From Cyanophora paradoxa CCMP329 (lineage: Eukaryota; Plantae; Glaucophyta): a stretch of DNA of 64,000 bases. Of the stretch, positions 12,276 to 23,203 are shown one piece after another. Location of the stretch: contig QPMI01000208.1 in assembly GCA_004431415.1 (NCBI GenBank), forward strand, positions 62,001-126,000, read 5' to 3'. The translations under genes were made by a program, and so were the position numbers. The notes under the pieces are model-generated. The model saw only the letters and a list, made by a program, of their open reading frames with translations, made no database searches and was not told where the DNA came from. The stretch's first letter is position 1. Every line of letters begins with the position of its first letter.

Positions 12276-15200
12276 ATGGCCGGCCCGTCCGAGGGCCCCG
12301 GCTCGGCCCCCGTGCCTATCCGAGTGCAATCGGTCGCATTAGCAGTGGTCCTCTCGGCGGATCTCAAGGTTCTCGGCTGCTCTGAGAACTTCGATCGTCG
12401 ACACAGGCAAGCGATCCGCACCCGCGATGCGCCCCGAAGAGGGGCGATCGCTTTATATGTCTTGCCCGTGATTGCGTGTCGGTGATACGCACCGCCCCGA
12501 CCTCGCTGACCGACGTACGCGCAGTGATCTTGGCAAGGGCCCGTCGGTGGCGGAGCTCCTAAGGAAAGGGCTTTCGTCGCTTCTTGCGGATTCGAGTATT
12601 GAGCATCTAGCGGAGACCGTGACCCGCCTTGTGCGTGCCCACGTAGTGATTGATTGGCCACGATTCGCCCTTCTCACCGGCGACCTCCGGTGGGCAGATC
12701 GCAGTCCAAAAGATAAAAGCGATCGGAGCACCACCGCCGGAAGACGAGAAGAACGGATACGATGACCCCCTCGTGCTGGAGGCGGCCAGCCCCGAGGGCG
12801 AGGAGTTCACTGGTTTCGTACAGTATCGCGACGACGAAATCCTTCTAGAGCTCGATCCGACATGGTCTTTGAGCGACAACGATCGGGCATTGAGGAAACG
12901 GAGGTCGGAAAAGCTTAGCTGCCGCACAGCTCGTGATACTGATACAGGCGAGCAGGTCCGGCATCCGCTACGCAGCCGAGATGATGATGGCAACTGCGAG
13001 TGGAAAGAAGCGTACGAGCGGCAGCAGCACGCAGAACGCTGGCACGCCTGTCGCTCGCTCGGTGTCGCCGGTGCTGCAGACACTTAGTGCCGAAGACGAG
13101 GAGTCTCTTCTCTGCGCCCAAGCAGTAGACGCCATTTTTGAACTCACAGGGTGTGTTTTCTGCATATATGCGCGGGGGGACGTGTCAGCACCTGCTGACT
13201 CGCACGAGCAGATACGACAGAGTTTGCGTGTACCGACTGCGTGCGCAGCTTTTCGCGCTTAGCTTAAATGTAGTTCTTCTTCTTTCACTCATGATGTCTC
13301 TCGCAGAGGAGAACTATCATGGCCAGGTGCTGGCGGAGCGCCTCTCCGATCCCTCGACCGTCCCCTCCTACCTCAACCTGTTCTTCCCGGTCCGCGGGGA
13401 GCTCCCTGTTGTCGTTCGCATGTTTTCACCACCTAGCAGGCCGGAGACATCCCCTCCAAGCAGCGAAAGACCTTCGCGCTCCGGCCGCTCCGCATGATCG
13501 TGGACACAGAGGCTCCGCCCTGTCGCATCATGCGCCTCTCCGAAGACGGATCCTCCATTGTAGATGCCCCCCTGAAGCCCTCCTTCCTCCCCCAGTTCGC
13601 TTCCGTCCACCCCTGCCACGCCACCTGTCCGCGCCCTCCCGCCCCGCCCGCCCGCCGGCGAGCTTGCCCTCACGCGCGTCGCCCTGCAGACATGCGGAAC
13701 ATGGGCACCCCCGCCTCGATGTCCGGTACGCCTCCCGCCCTCCATGTTCCCCACGAGGCCGCTCACGCCCGCTCCCCCAGCGACCGTCCTGGCGCCCAAG
13801 CCGGCTGCGATGGTCGGGGAGATATCCGAAGCCACCCGCAAGATGTGAGCGCGGTTGCTCCAGCTCGACCTCGCCCTCGGCCGGCGGCGCTGACTGGGGC
13901 GTCCAGGTGGGGCCTGATCGTGTGCCACCACCGGACGGCGAAGGTGGTGGACTGGCACACGCGCGCCGACTGCATGCTTGTGGCCGACGCCCTCGGCGCC
14001 GCCCTCGAGCGCCTTTACGAGCGCAAGGCCGTCGCCGGCGAGCGCCGCGCCGCCGTGCGCCGCCCCCCCGCCCCTCCCGGCCGGCCCTCCGCCCTCCTGG
14101 ACCCACGCGCCCCGCGCAGGACGTGAATGGGGCGCTGATGCTGCGGGTGGCCACGCCGGCGGCGATGGCGGGCCCGGTGAAGGACTCGCCGCTGCTGGGG
14201 GTGGTGGACGAGAGCGCGGGAGCGGCGGTGGTGCGCAACGGGCGCGTCGTGGAGATGCAGGGGCGGTGCCCGCCGGAGGACTTCATCCTAGACCTGTGCG
14301 ACTGGATGCGCAAGTCGGGCCTCGGCCCGATCTGGCACTCGGACTGCCTCTCCCAGCACATGGAAGCCGGCCGCCGCGTCTCCAATGTCGCCGCCGGCGT
14401 CCTGATGGTCCGCGTCCTCGGCGGCAACCCGGGCCTCAGCGCCGGCGCAGCGGCCGCCGCGCAGCGCGCCGGCTCCCCCTCCAACGACCAGCAGGAGTCC
14501 TACATGATGTGGTTCCGCCCCGAGAAGCGCGCAGAGCGCCTCTGGGCCGGCCAGGCGGGCAGCAACCACGCGGCCGGCGGCGGCACGACGGAGACGCACG
14601 TGAGGAGCGCGGGGCCGGCGGAGGCGGCGGCCGGGGCGTCGAAGGCGCTGTGCACGACGTCGGGCCCGCGGAGCAGCTTCGACCCGCAGTCGGAGATCGT
14701 GACGCTGCACAGCAAGTCCTTCTCGGTGGAGGACTTGGGCGCCGCGCAGGCCGTCTTCCGCATCCTCAACTCCCTCGACGCCGACGTGCGCCCCCGCCCC
14801 CGCCCCCTGCTCGCAGCGCCCCTGCGCCCGCCTCGGCCCCGCCGACCGCCGGCCGGCAGTTCCTCGCCCGCATGGCCTCGTTCCAGCTGGCGCCGGAGCG
14901 GGCCGCGATGCGGGGGATGCCGGGCGGGAAGCGCCCGCTGGCGCTGCCGCCCATCGCGAAGCCGCAGGAGGACCCCGACCTCGACCACCTGCGCCCCGCC
15001 AAGGAGGAGCACGCGACGCTGCTCGAGGCGCACCCCTCGCTCCGCTACTCGAAGACGGCGGCGGTCGGCCTGCTCGAGCTGACGGGCTGCGGGGCCCTCT
15101 CGGAGCGCGTCGACCCGCTGACGTACGCGGAGAAGCTGGCGGAGCTCTTCGCGGTGCTCGACGCCGTCGCCGCCCAGCACGGCGTCGAGCGCATCAAGGT

Positions 15201-16243
15201 CTCCGGCGAGGTCTACGTCATGGGCGCCGGCACCGCCGCCGCCAACCCCGGCGACAAGCCGCCCTCGGCCGCCGCCGCCGCCTCCTCGGCCGTGCGCTGC
15301 GCGCTGGCGATGCGCGAGGCGATCGCGCAGCGGCCGCCGCTCTTCGGCGTCAAGGTCGGCCTGCGCGCCGGCGTGCACGTCGGGCCCCTCGCCCTCGGGC
15401 CCGTCGCCGGCGGGGAGCGGCCCCAGGTGGAGGCCTACGGCCCCGCCCTCCGCACCGCCCTCGAGCTCCTCTCCTCCTCCGCCTCGTCGCGCGTCCACGT
15501 CAGCCAGGTCCGCCCCGCCCCGGCTCCAGCCCCCCGCCCCGCCGCTTCCTTTTGCCGCCTCCCAATTCCTTTTCGCGCAGGTCGTCAAGGACCAGCTGCC
15601 GGCGGCGGAGTTCGCGCTGGAGCCGGCGGGGGCGGGGGCGCCGCAGGAGGGCGCGTCGGGCGCGTCGGGCCCCGGCGCCCTCAACTCGCTCATGCGCTTC
15701 TTCGGCGTGGAGGACTCGGACGACGAGTCGCGCGCGGCGGCGGCGGCGGCTGCGGCCGGCGGGGAGGCGGCGCCCGGCCCCAACGCGTACGCGACGTCGG
15801 CGCTGATGAACCAGCCGGCGGCGGCGGCGCGGGGCAGCGCGCCGGCCCCCGCCACGTACTACGTCGAGTGCCTCGCCGGGGCCGGCGCGTGCATCGAGGC
15901 GCGGCGCGGCAGCGTCGCCTCCTCCTCGGGGGGCGCCGGGGGCCTCCTCAACAGCCTCTCGGCGGACGAGGAGGAGGGCCCGGGGGGGCTCGGCAGCCTC
16001 GACTCGCACAAGCTCTCGCCCCCCTCGTCCCTCTCCCAGCTCCCCGCCCCGCCCGGCACCCTGCGCCCCATCCCCGCCACGCCCGCCGGCGCGCCGGGGC
16101 AGGCGGCTGGGGCCGTGCACCCGACGGCGGCGACGCGGGCGCTCGTGGGGCACCACCTCTCGGAGCACCATCCGACGCCCTCGGGCCCCATCCCCGCGCG
16201 CCGCAAGATCCCCTCCGCCACGTCCCTCGGCCCCGCCTCCTGA
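12276..16243 (+). CDS. Phytochrome (PAS-GAF-PHY) with C-terminal degenerate class III nucleotide cyclase domain
   Basis: Spliced GAF reads GYDRVCVYRL..GQVLAE..YLNLFFPAGDIP..VHPCHATYMRNMG..WGLIVCHH. PHY has WFRPE..WAG..PRSSF. Cyclase fold ERIKVSGEVY..LRAGVHVGP..RVHVS at ~15050-15510. One probable 1 bp error near 12885. Confidence 0.9.
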
Positions 16244-16934
16244 CAGCCCCGCCCCGCCCTCGTCCCCCGCTCCCACCCCACCGGCCCCCCTGCTCCAGCC
16301 GGCTGTATTCCTATTCACTCCCCACGCATTCCCCCGGCCGCTTAGTTGCCAGATGCATTTTTCGCGCAAGAAGGGACGCTCGCCCGCCCCAGGTATTGAT
16401 TCGTAGCGCCACTGCCGCCTAGTTTGAGCAGCTGATCGGTCCCGCTTCCCTCTTGCTCCTCGCTTTTCGGCGACCGTTTCTCGGCGCCAACGAGACGACA
16501 CGCGACGCATGAGATGTCTCCAAGTGAATTGTAAAGAAGTATTCGTTGATGACCAAGCGCGGCGCCTGCGAGCCGGGGTGCCACGGTGGGTCCGGGGCAA
16601 GCACACGGGCGGGTCACGCATACAGACAACCGTTGAACCCTGAACTTCGGAAATTGTTTTTAAGAATCGCAACGCCCTAATCATGAGGGCTGTGAGGGCC
16701 GCACCTAGGCCATGGGATCGGTTCTCGGTCTCCGAGGCTCGGTCTCGGTTTCGATTTCGATTTAATTACAAAATGTTCGATTTCGATTTGCCCACTCAGC
16801 TGCAGTTGAGCCCGGGCGTAGATTCACGTGAACTGCTAGTCAGACCGCTAGCTGACGTCGCGTGTCGCGCCAAAATGCAGGGTTATACACGCATGTACAC
16901 GTTTACACTCAAATACAGGCCCGGGGCGGGAGGC

Positions 16935-19034
16935 TCAGAGCTCGGGGACGGTGGGCTGGATGGCCGCCTGCGGGGGGGCGCCGGCCCCGAGGTGAGGGGC
17001 GAGGGGGGAGGGGGGCGGGGCGGGGCGGGGGCGCCGACCTTCGCGTCAGCGTGCTTCTTGATGGCGAGGTCGATGCAGCGCTGCAGGAGGCCGTCGTACC
17101 CCAGGCCGGCCGCCTGCGCCCCGTCGCCGCGGGGCTCAGCGCGCGCGACGCCGGTGGGGGGAGGGAGGGGGGGCGAGGGGCGGGCCTTGGCAGACTGGGG
17201 CATGAGGGAGGTGGGGGTCAGGCCGGGCAGCGTGTTGATCTCGAGCGCGTGCGGCACGCCGTTCACGTCGAGCTGCGCCCCCGCCCCCGCCGCCGGGTCG
17301 GGTCGGGTCGGGAAGGGGCGGGGCGCGGGGCGCGGGGGCGGGCGCCTTGACGTCGGTGCGGGAGTAGGTCTTGCAGCCGAGGGCGACGTGGAACGCGATC
17401 GCGATCTCGTGCAGCTCGTCCCGCAGGCTCTGCGCGCGCGCAGCGCTGAGCGCCCCCGCCGCCTCGCCGCCCCGGGGAGCCCAGGGCGCGCACCTCGGGG
17501 ATGTCGGCGGGGCAGACCTCCTCGACCGCCCCCGCCGTGTACTTGGCCACGTAGTCGAACCACTCGCCCTCCCTGCCCAGCGCGCCCCTCGGCGGGGGCG
17601 GGCGGGCGGGCGGGCGGGCGGGCGGGGCGGGCGGGGCGTACGCCTTGGTCTTGATCTCGACGATGGGGAAGCCGCGGGGGACGCCGTTCTCGTCCTCGAC
17701 GACGGGGACGGTGAACTCGCGCCCGGGCAGGTACTTCTCGAGGAGCACGTACTCCTCCCCCCCGTTCAGGTAGCCCAGGGCCTGCGGGGGCCCCCCGCGT
17801 GGGCGGCCCCGCGGCCCCCAGCGGGGCGGGGCCGGCGGGGGGCACCTTCTCGAGGAGGACCTGCTCGTTCTTGCACGGCTCGACCCCCACGCTCGAGCCG
17901 CTCTTCGCGAGCTTGAGCATGAGGGGGTACCCCAGCGCCGCCCCCGCCTGCCGAGCGTGCGAGGCTCGAGGGTCGACCCCGGGGCGCTGGGGCAGGCGGG
18001 AGGGAGGGGGCGGGGGACCTTCTTGAGGTCGTCGGGGGTGGTGGAGCCGGCGCGGAGGGTGAAGTCCTGCGCCACGCGCACCCCCGAGGCCTGCCCCCGT
18101 CCCGCCTCGCACCCACGCCGCGCGGCCTCGCGGGGGCGGCGCGGGGGAGCGGACCTGGGCGACGCGCTTGGCGAGGCCCTTGTCCATGCCGACGGCCGAG
18201 CCGGCGACCCCCGAGCCCTGGTACGGGATGTCCAGCAGGTCGAGCGCCCCCTGCCCGCCCCGCCCCGCCCCGCTCACATCCCGCGCAGCTCAGCGAGCAC
18301 GGGGGGGGGGCGCGCCTGGAGGCGCCCGTCCTCGCCGTCGGCGCCGTGCATGGCGATGAAGGCGCAGTCGGGGCTCCACTTCTTGATCGCCACCAGGCAC
18401 GCCGCGTAGTCCTCGCCCTTCCCCAGCACGTTCCCGTCTGCCGCGCCCCGCCCCTGAGCCGCGGGGAGGCGGGCTGGCGGGCCCGGGTGCCGCACCCGCA
18501 TCCTCCCACGCCGAGGTCCCGTCGGCGTTCAGCTGGAAGCGCTGCGCGACGTGGCCCATCTCCTTCAGCGTCTTCATCACGCCCGTGCCCGTGCGCATCG
18601 ACACCTCCCACTCCAGCGTCCGGCCGCCCATAATCACGGCGACCTTCTTGGGGTCTGCAAGAACCCGGCGCATGAGGCAGGCAACCGCGCAATTCCGAAA
18701 CCGGCAGAAATACGCGGACCGGCGACCTTCGCCTCGACAACAACGCGGGCAACGCCGGCCTGCTTGGCGGGCCGGGCAGCCTTGGCGACACTGAAACGAC
18801 GGGTGGTGAACTGAGAAGCGGGCGCAGCCTCGCCCTGGAAGAAAGTAGAAGACGAGCTAGCTGCGGCCAAACGCTGGCGCTGGAGCGGGGAGGCCGAACT
18901 GCGCTGCGCCGCCGCGAACTGAGCCGGCCTCACCTTCGAGCCTGCGCGCGGAATCGGGGATCGGCGAGGAGATTACATGGGATCGCGGGCAAGCCCTCAC
19001 CGGTGACGGCGACGTTGAGCGCGAAGGCGTCCAT
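16935..19034 (-). CDS. ddl: D-alanine--D-alanine ligase with plastid (muroplast) transit peptide, about 12 introns
   Basis: Motifs KVAVIMGGRTLEWEVSMRTG, FIAMHGADGEDG, IPYQGSG, MDK, GSSVG, EKYLPGREFTV, FDYVAKY, LEINTLPGLTPTSLMP. The ~80 aa Ser/Ala/Arg-rich N-extension begins MDAF. Confidence 0.93.
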
Positions 19035-19100
19035 GTTCAGCTGGCCTAGATGCGAGCCGCTGATCGTAGGGGGGTAGAGGCTGTTACGGGTTGAGGTGCG

Positions 19101-20129
19101 ATGGCATGCACATCTTCCGAGGTCTTCACACGGGAAGCGCGTAGCGGCTACGAGGCGAAGCCGCACATCAAGACAATGGCAGGCGCGTAGAGCTCGGCCT
19201 GGCGCGTTCGCCCTCCGCCGAGCGCCTCGCAGCGAGAGCGGCGGGAGCGATCGTTGCCTCTTGTGTGCTAGATCACGCGACGCGCGTGCTCAGCGTTGGT
19301 TCAGGTGCTGCGCGTTCCTCGCGTGCTTGTCCGCGCGTCAGGCCCCGCAGGCCCTGGACTACTCGAGGAGCACCTGTCGCCGCATGTCAAGTCAATTACA
19401 GGTGAAGCTCCCCATCAACTGGCTGCTGTTCTCCATCTAAGTTGATGTCGCCTGCAGGCGTCGATCCGTCGCTGGAGATGTGCGAGCGCTTCAAGGAGCG
19501 CCTTCCAGGCGCAGAATGCTTTGCCATGGAGCTGAAGGGCGAGGACGATGCCGCGCGCGTCGGCGGGCCATTCGACCTCGCCGTCGTTCATGCGTGCGCC
19601 GTTATCGGCAGTCGCCGAGTTGACTGTGACGGCGGTGCGCGATATCGATCAGGGGCGGGCCTGCAGGACCATGCACCACGTCAACAAGCCCGCGGTGGAG
19701 CCTATGCTTCGCGGCATCTTTGCGGCCTTGCGGCCTGGAGGCTCCATTGCAATTTCTGATCTCCTCTTGAGCGAGGAGTGCGTGCCGCCTTCAGGACACG
19801 TATACGTAAGCTGAAAGCCACATATGCATCAGGTCTGCCCTCTTCCACTCGAATTTGACGACGGTCTCCTTCCCCGGGGGCTTCTCTCTCGGCACAATCC
19901 GCGGCATGCTGGAGAGCGCGGGTTTCACGGACGTGCGGGCGGGCCAGGCTTGGCGCGCCGCCCCAGCGCTAGCTCTGTCCCTCCGGTCCCTATACTAGTC
20001 TAATCCAGCACATGTACATGCATGCGCAGGTCGGTGGAGCGGGAGATCGAGGGCCGCGGCGCAGTGGAGTTCCCCTTTCTCCTCGCCACGGCCTGCAGGC
20101 CAAAAGCCAGCGCCCCGCCCGAGGCGTAG
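19101..20129 (+). CDS. Class I SAM-dependent methyltransferase (spliced)
   Basis: Spliced protein has motif I VLSVGSGPGLL, then GVDPSLEM, FDLAVV..TMHHV, LRPGG.IAISD, LESAGFTDV and terminal EFPFLLATA. Confidence 0.78.
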
Positions 20130-20528
20130 GAACCCGGCCTCTCGCTTGAAATGTGGAAATCGATAGCAGGCGGCGTGTGGCGGCGGCGTCCGCGGCACGA
20201 TAGCCATCACATGCGCAGACCCACAGGCCAGGCCGCAGCGGGAGAGCGGCGCCGCTTGCGCATGCGGCGGTTGACGTCGGGGCCGGGGGCTTGCAATTAA
20301 ATATTGGGCCGGGGGCCGGGTACCGGCCGCGCATGCATATGCGCAGCTGAGCAGTGCATGACCGAGTTCGAGCTGCGAGAGCATTGAAGGTCGGCTGCGG
20401 CACTGCAGCTAGCGCTGCAGCTGAGCTCTGCAGCCTCTGCTGATGCACTGCAACGCAGCCTCCGCAGTGCCTCAGCGCCCCGAGCGATTTCACACGAGTC
20501 ACGGTCGAGCCGAGCTCGAGCATCGGCC

Positions 20529-22115
20529 ATGAGGATCCTAGTGCTATGCTGCGGCAGTCGGTGCGCTGCCTGCTGGTACCGGCCGCGGTGCTGTGCTGTG
20601 GAAGTAGCTATAGGGAGTCCGACGCTGACGGTCGGGCGGTGCGCAGCGGGGACGTGCAGCCGTTCGTTGCGCTGGGCCTCGCGCTGAAGCGCCGTGGGAA
20701 CGACGTCATGCTGGTGCGCTCGTTTTCTCCCACGCATTCGCACGTACACGTACAAAGGACCGGCCGCGGATCGAGCAGGCGGCGCACCCCCCGTACAAGG
20801 ATCTGGTCGTCAAGAACGGCCTACAGTTCGCGGATATCGGCACCGGAGGCGAGACGGCCCTCGCGGAGTGGCCAGAGGGGCACGCCCTGCAGGTCGCCGC
20901 GAGCCGGCGCCCACGCCCTGCCCCGCGCCCAGTGCCGGTGGAGCTGAGTCGAGCCTGCACTGCTTAGCACGCAGGAGCTTTGAAAATGGCGGCTGCGAGC
21001 AAGGCGTTCCTGTGGCGCCTCCTACGGGAGTGGTTCGAGGGCGCCCTCACCGCCGCCCGCTCCTTCCTGCCCGAGCACATTGTCCTCACGACGTTCGTGC
21101 GCTCGGCCGCTGTATGCGACTGAGGCGCACCCGCCGACTCCCACCTCAGCCCGCCTGGTTCGGCCCTAGCGTATGCGAGGCGGTCAAGGTGCGGGACTGC
21201 CCCCCCGCCTGACGGCCTCGGATCGACTCCGCACAGGCCCCTTTCTGCGCCGTCCACCTGCTGCCCCTGTGCGAGACCAGCGAGTTCGCCCCCCCCCTCG
21301 GCTTCGGCGACGCGCAGTGCTGGTTCGGCTTCATGGCCCTTATGTCTGTACCCCCGCCCCGCCTCCCCCCTCCCCCTGCCCCCCTTCCCCCTTCCGCCCC
21401 TCCCTCGTGTCCGACCCGTGTCGCGGGGCTGCACAGGAAGTGGCGCGTCATGACTTCGATGGCGTGGTCGTGCGCTTCTACCCCTCCCCTTCTCCCCTCC
21501 CCTCCCGTACCCCGCCACGCTCGCGCTCCCGCGTGGCTTACTGCAACCTCATTTGTTCCCAGCTTAATTTACCGCGACATCATCAACGAGCTCCGCGTCA
21601 AGGCGCGCGGCAGAGGCGGCACCCTCCCTTGCCTCGAGCTCTGGGCATCGTAACCGCGTAGCCGCGTACCCGTGCAGGCCGGACTGCAGAGGACGCACTC
21701 GAGCCCCGCCCACATCTACCGCGAGCGGCACATCCCCACCATTCACATGTCTGCTCTCTTGCCTTCCCGCCCGAAGCGCCGCGGACGCCGGGGCGAGACG
21801 CCGAGGCGGGCGCGTGTGGGGTGTTGGGCAGGTACAGCCACGAGCTGGTGCGGAGGCCGCACGACTGGCGGGCCTTCGAGCACGTCGTCGGCGCCGCCTT
21901 CCTGCCCGAGAAGGACTTCGTACCCCCGCCCGCCCTCTCCCCCCTCGAGGAGGTGCGCGCACCGTGCCTCCCCCGCCCCCAGCTCGCTTCCCTCCCCCCC
22001 CTCCCCCCTCCGACTCGTCCGGCCAGTTCCTGAAGGCGGGGGAGCCGCCCGTGTACGTCGGCTTCGGGTCTATGCTGGGGACGCTGACGGAGGAGCGGGC
22101 GGGGCGGCTGCTGCG

Positions 22116-22150
<35 letters not shown>

Positions 22151-22822
22151 ACGGCATCCGGTGCCCCCGCGCCCCCGCTGCCTCCCCGCCGGGCTCCCGC
22201 AGAGCTGAGCGGCGCACGCCTCCTCGCCCCGCAGGTCGGTCCTGCACGTGGCGTCGACGGGGCGGCCGGCGGAGCTGCCGGAGGGCACCCCCGCCCTCCC
22301 GGCGGGCGTGCTGGTGCTGCGCGAGGCGTGCCCCCACTCCTGGCTCTTCCCCCGCTGCTCCCTCGTCGTCACCCACGGCGGTGCCGCCGCCGGGGCGCGC
22401 CTCGGGAGGCCAGCTTGACGTGCCCGGCAGGGGCGGGGACGACGCACGCGGCGCTGGCGGCGGGCAAGCCGCTCGTCGTCATCCCCAACGACTACACCGC
22501 CACCGACCAGGTGCCCCGCCCCCGCCCCCGGGCCGCTACGGGGAGCCGCGGCGGGGCCTCACGGGCGGGGCAGCCCTTCTGGGCGGGGTGCGTGGAGCGG
22601 GCGGGGGCGGGGGTGAGCCCGTGCGGGTTCAGGGGCCTCGGGGAGCGGGGGCAGCCGCTGGAGCGGGCCGTGCGGCGGCTGCTCGCCGAGGCGGGGCGCC
22701 CCGCCTGGGAGCGCGCCAAGGGCGCCGCCCAGGGGATCCACGGCGAGGGCGACGGGGCGGAGCGCGCGGCGGACCTCATCCTCGGCTACGCCGCCGAGGT
22801 CGCCGCTCGCGCCCACACCTGA
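20529..22822 (+). CDS. GT-B glycosyltransferase, sterol-glucosyltransferase-like (GT1/GT28_N)
   Basis: MRILVLCCG..GDVQPFVALGLAL, PPVYVGFGSM, PHSWLFPRC..VVTHGGAGTTHAALAAGKP, DQPFWA. Confidence 0.88.
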
Positions 22823-23203
22823 CCATCATCCTTGATCCTCCGCCCGCTGCCCTCCTCGAGCTCCGGCCGCGTGCTTGTACAGAACTGCCGCAGCCCGGCA
22901 GTGCCCCACTGGCCCATAGACTCCCAGAAACGGGACCCTCCGAGCCTCTCTAGACGTAGGTCTCTCTCAGTGTCTAGATAGCCCCTTTTCTCATTTGCTC
23001 TTTCTCCGATTGATTGCGCCATCAGATCATGAGATGTCGATTCAACCATTTACGATTATGAAATCGCGGATGAGATGGGGGGCATAGAGGAGAATCTACA
23101 TTGGAGGCTGCATAGCGAGAAACTAGGCGACTAGAAGGCCCCCCAAAAGAGGAGAAAAAGCATAAAGAACTGCGGGAATCGCGCCCCCGAGCCCCGGCCG
23201 GGG

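Noticed and set aside
16935-22822. ddl + methyltransferase + glycosyltransferase as a glycopeptide resistance/biosynthesis or Mur cluster
   Set aside because: The ligase has the Tyr omega loop (FDYVAKY) of D-Ala-D-Ala enzymes, and the GT motifs are sterol-GT-like, not MurG. All three are ordinary spliced nuclear genes.
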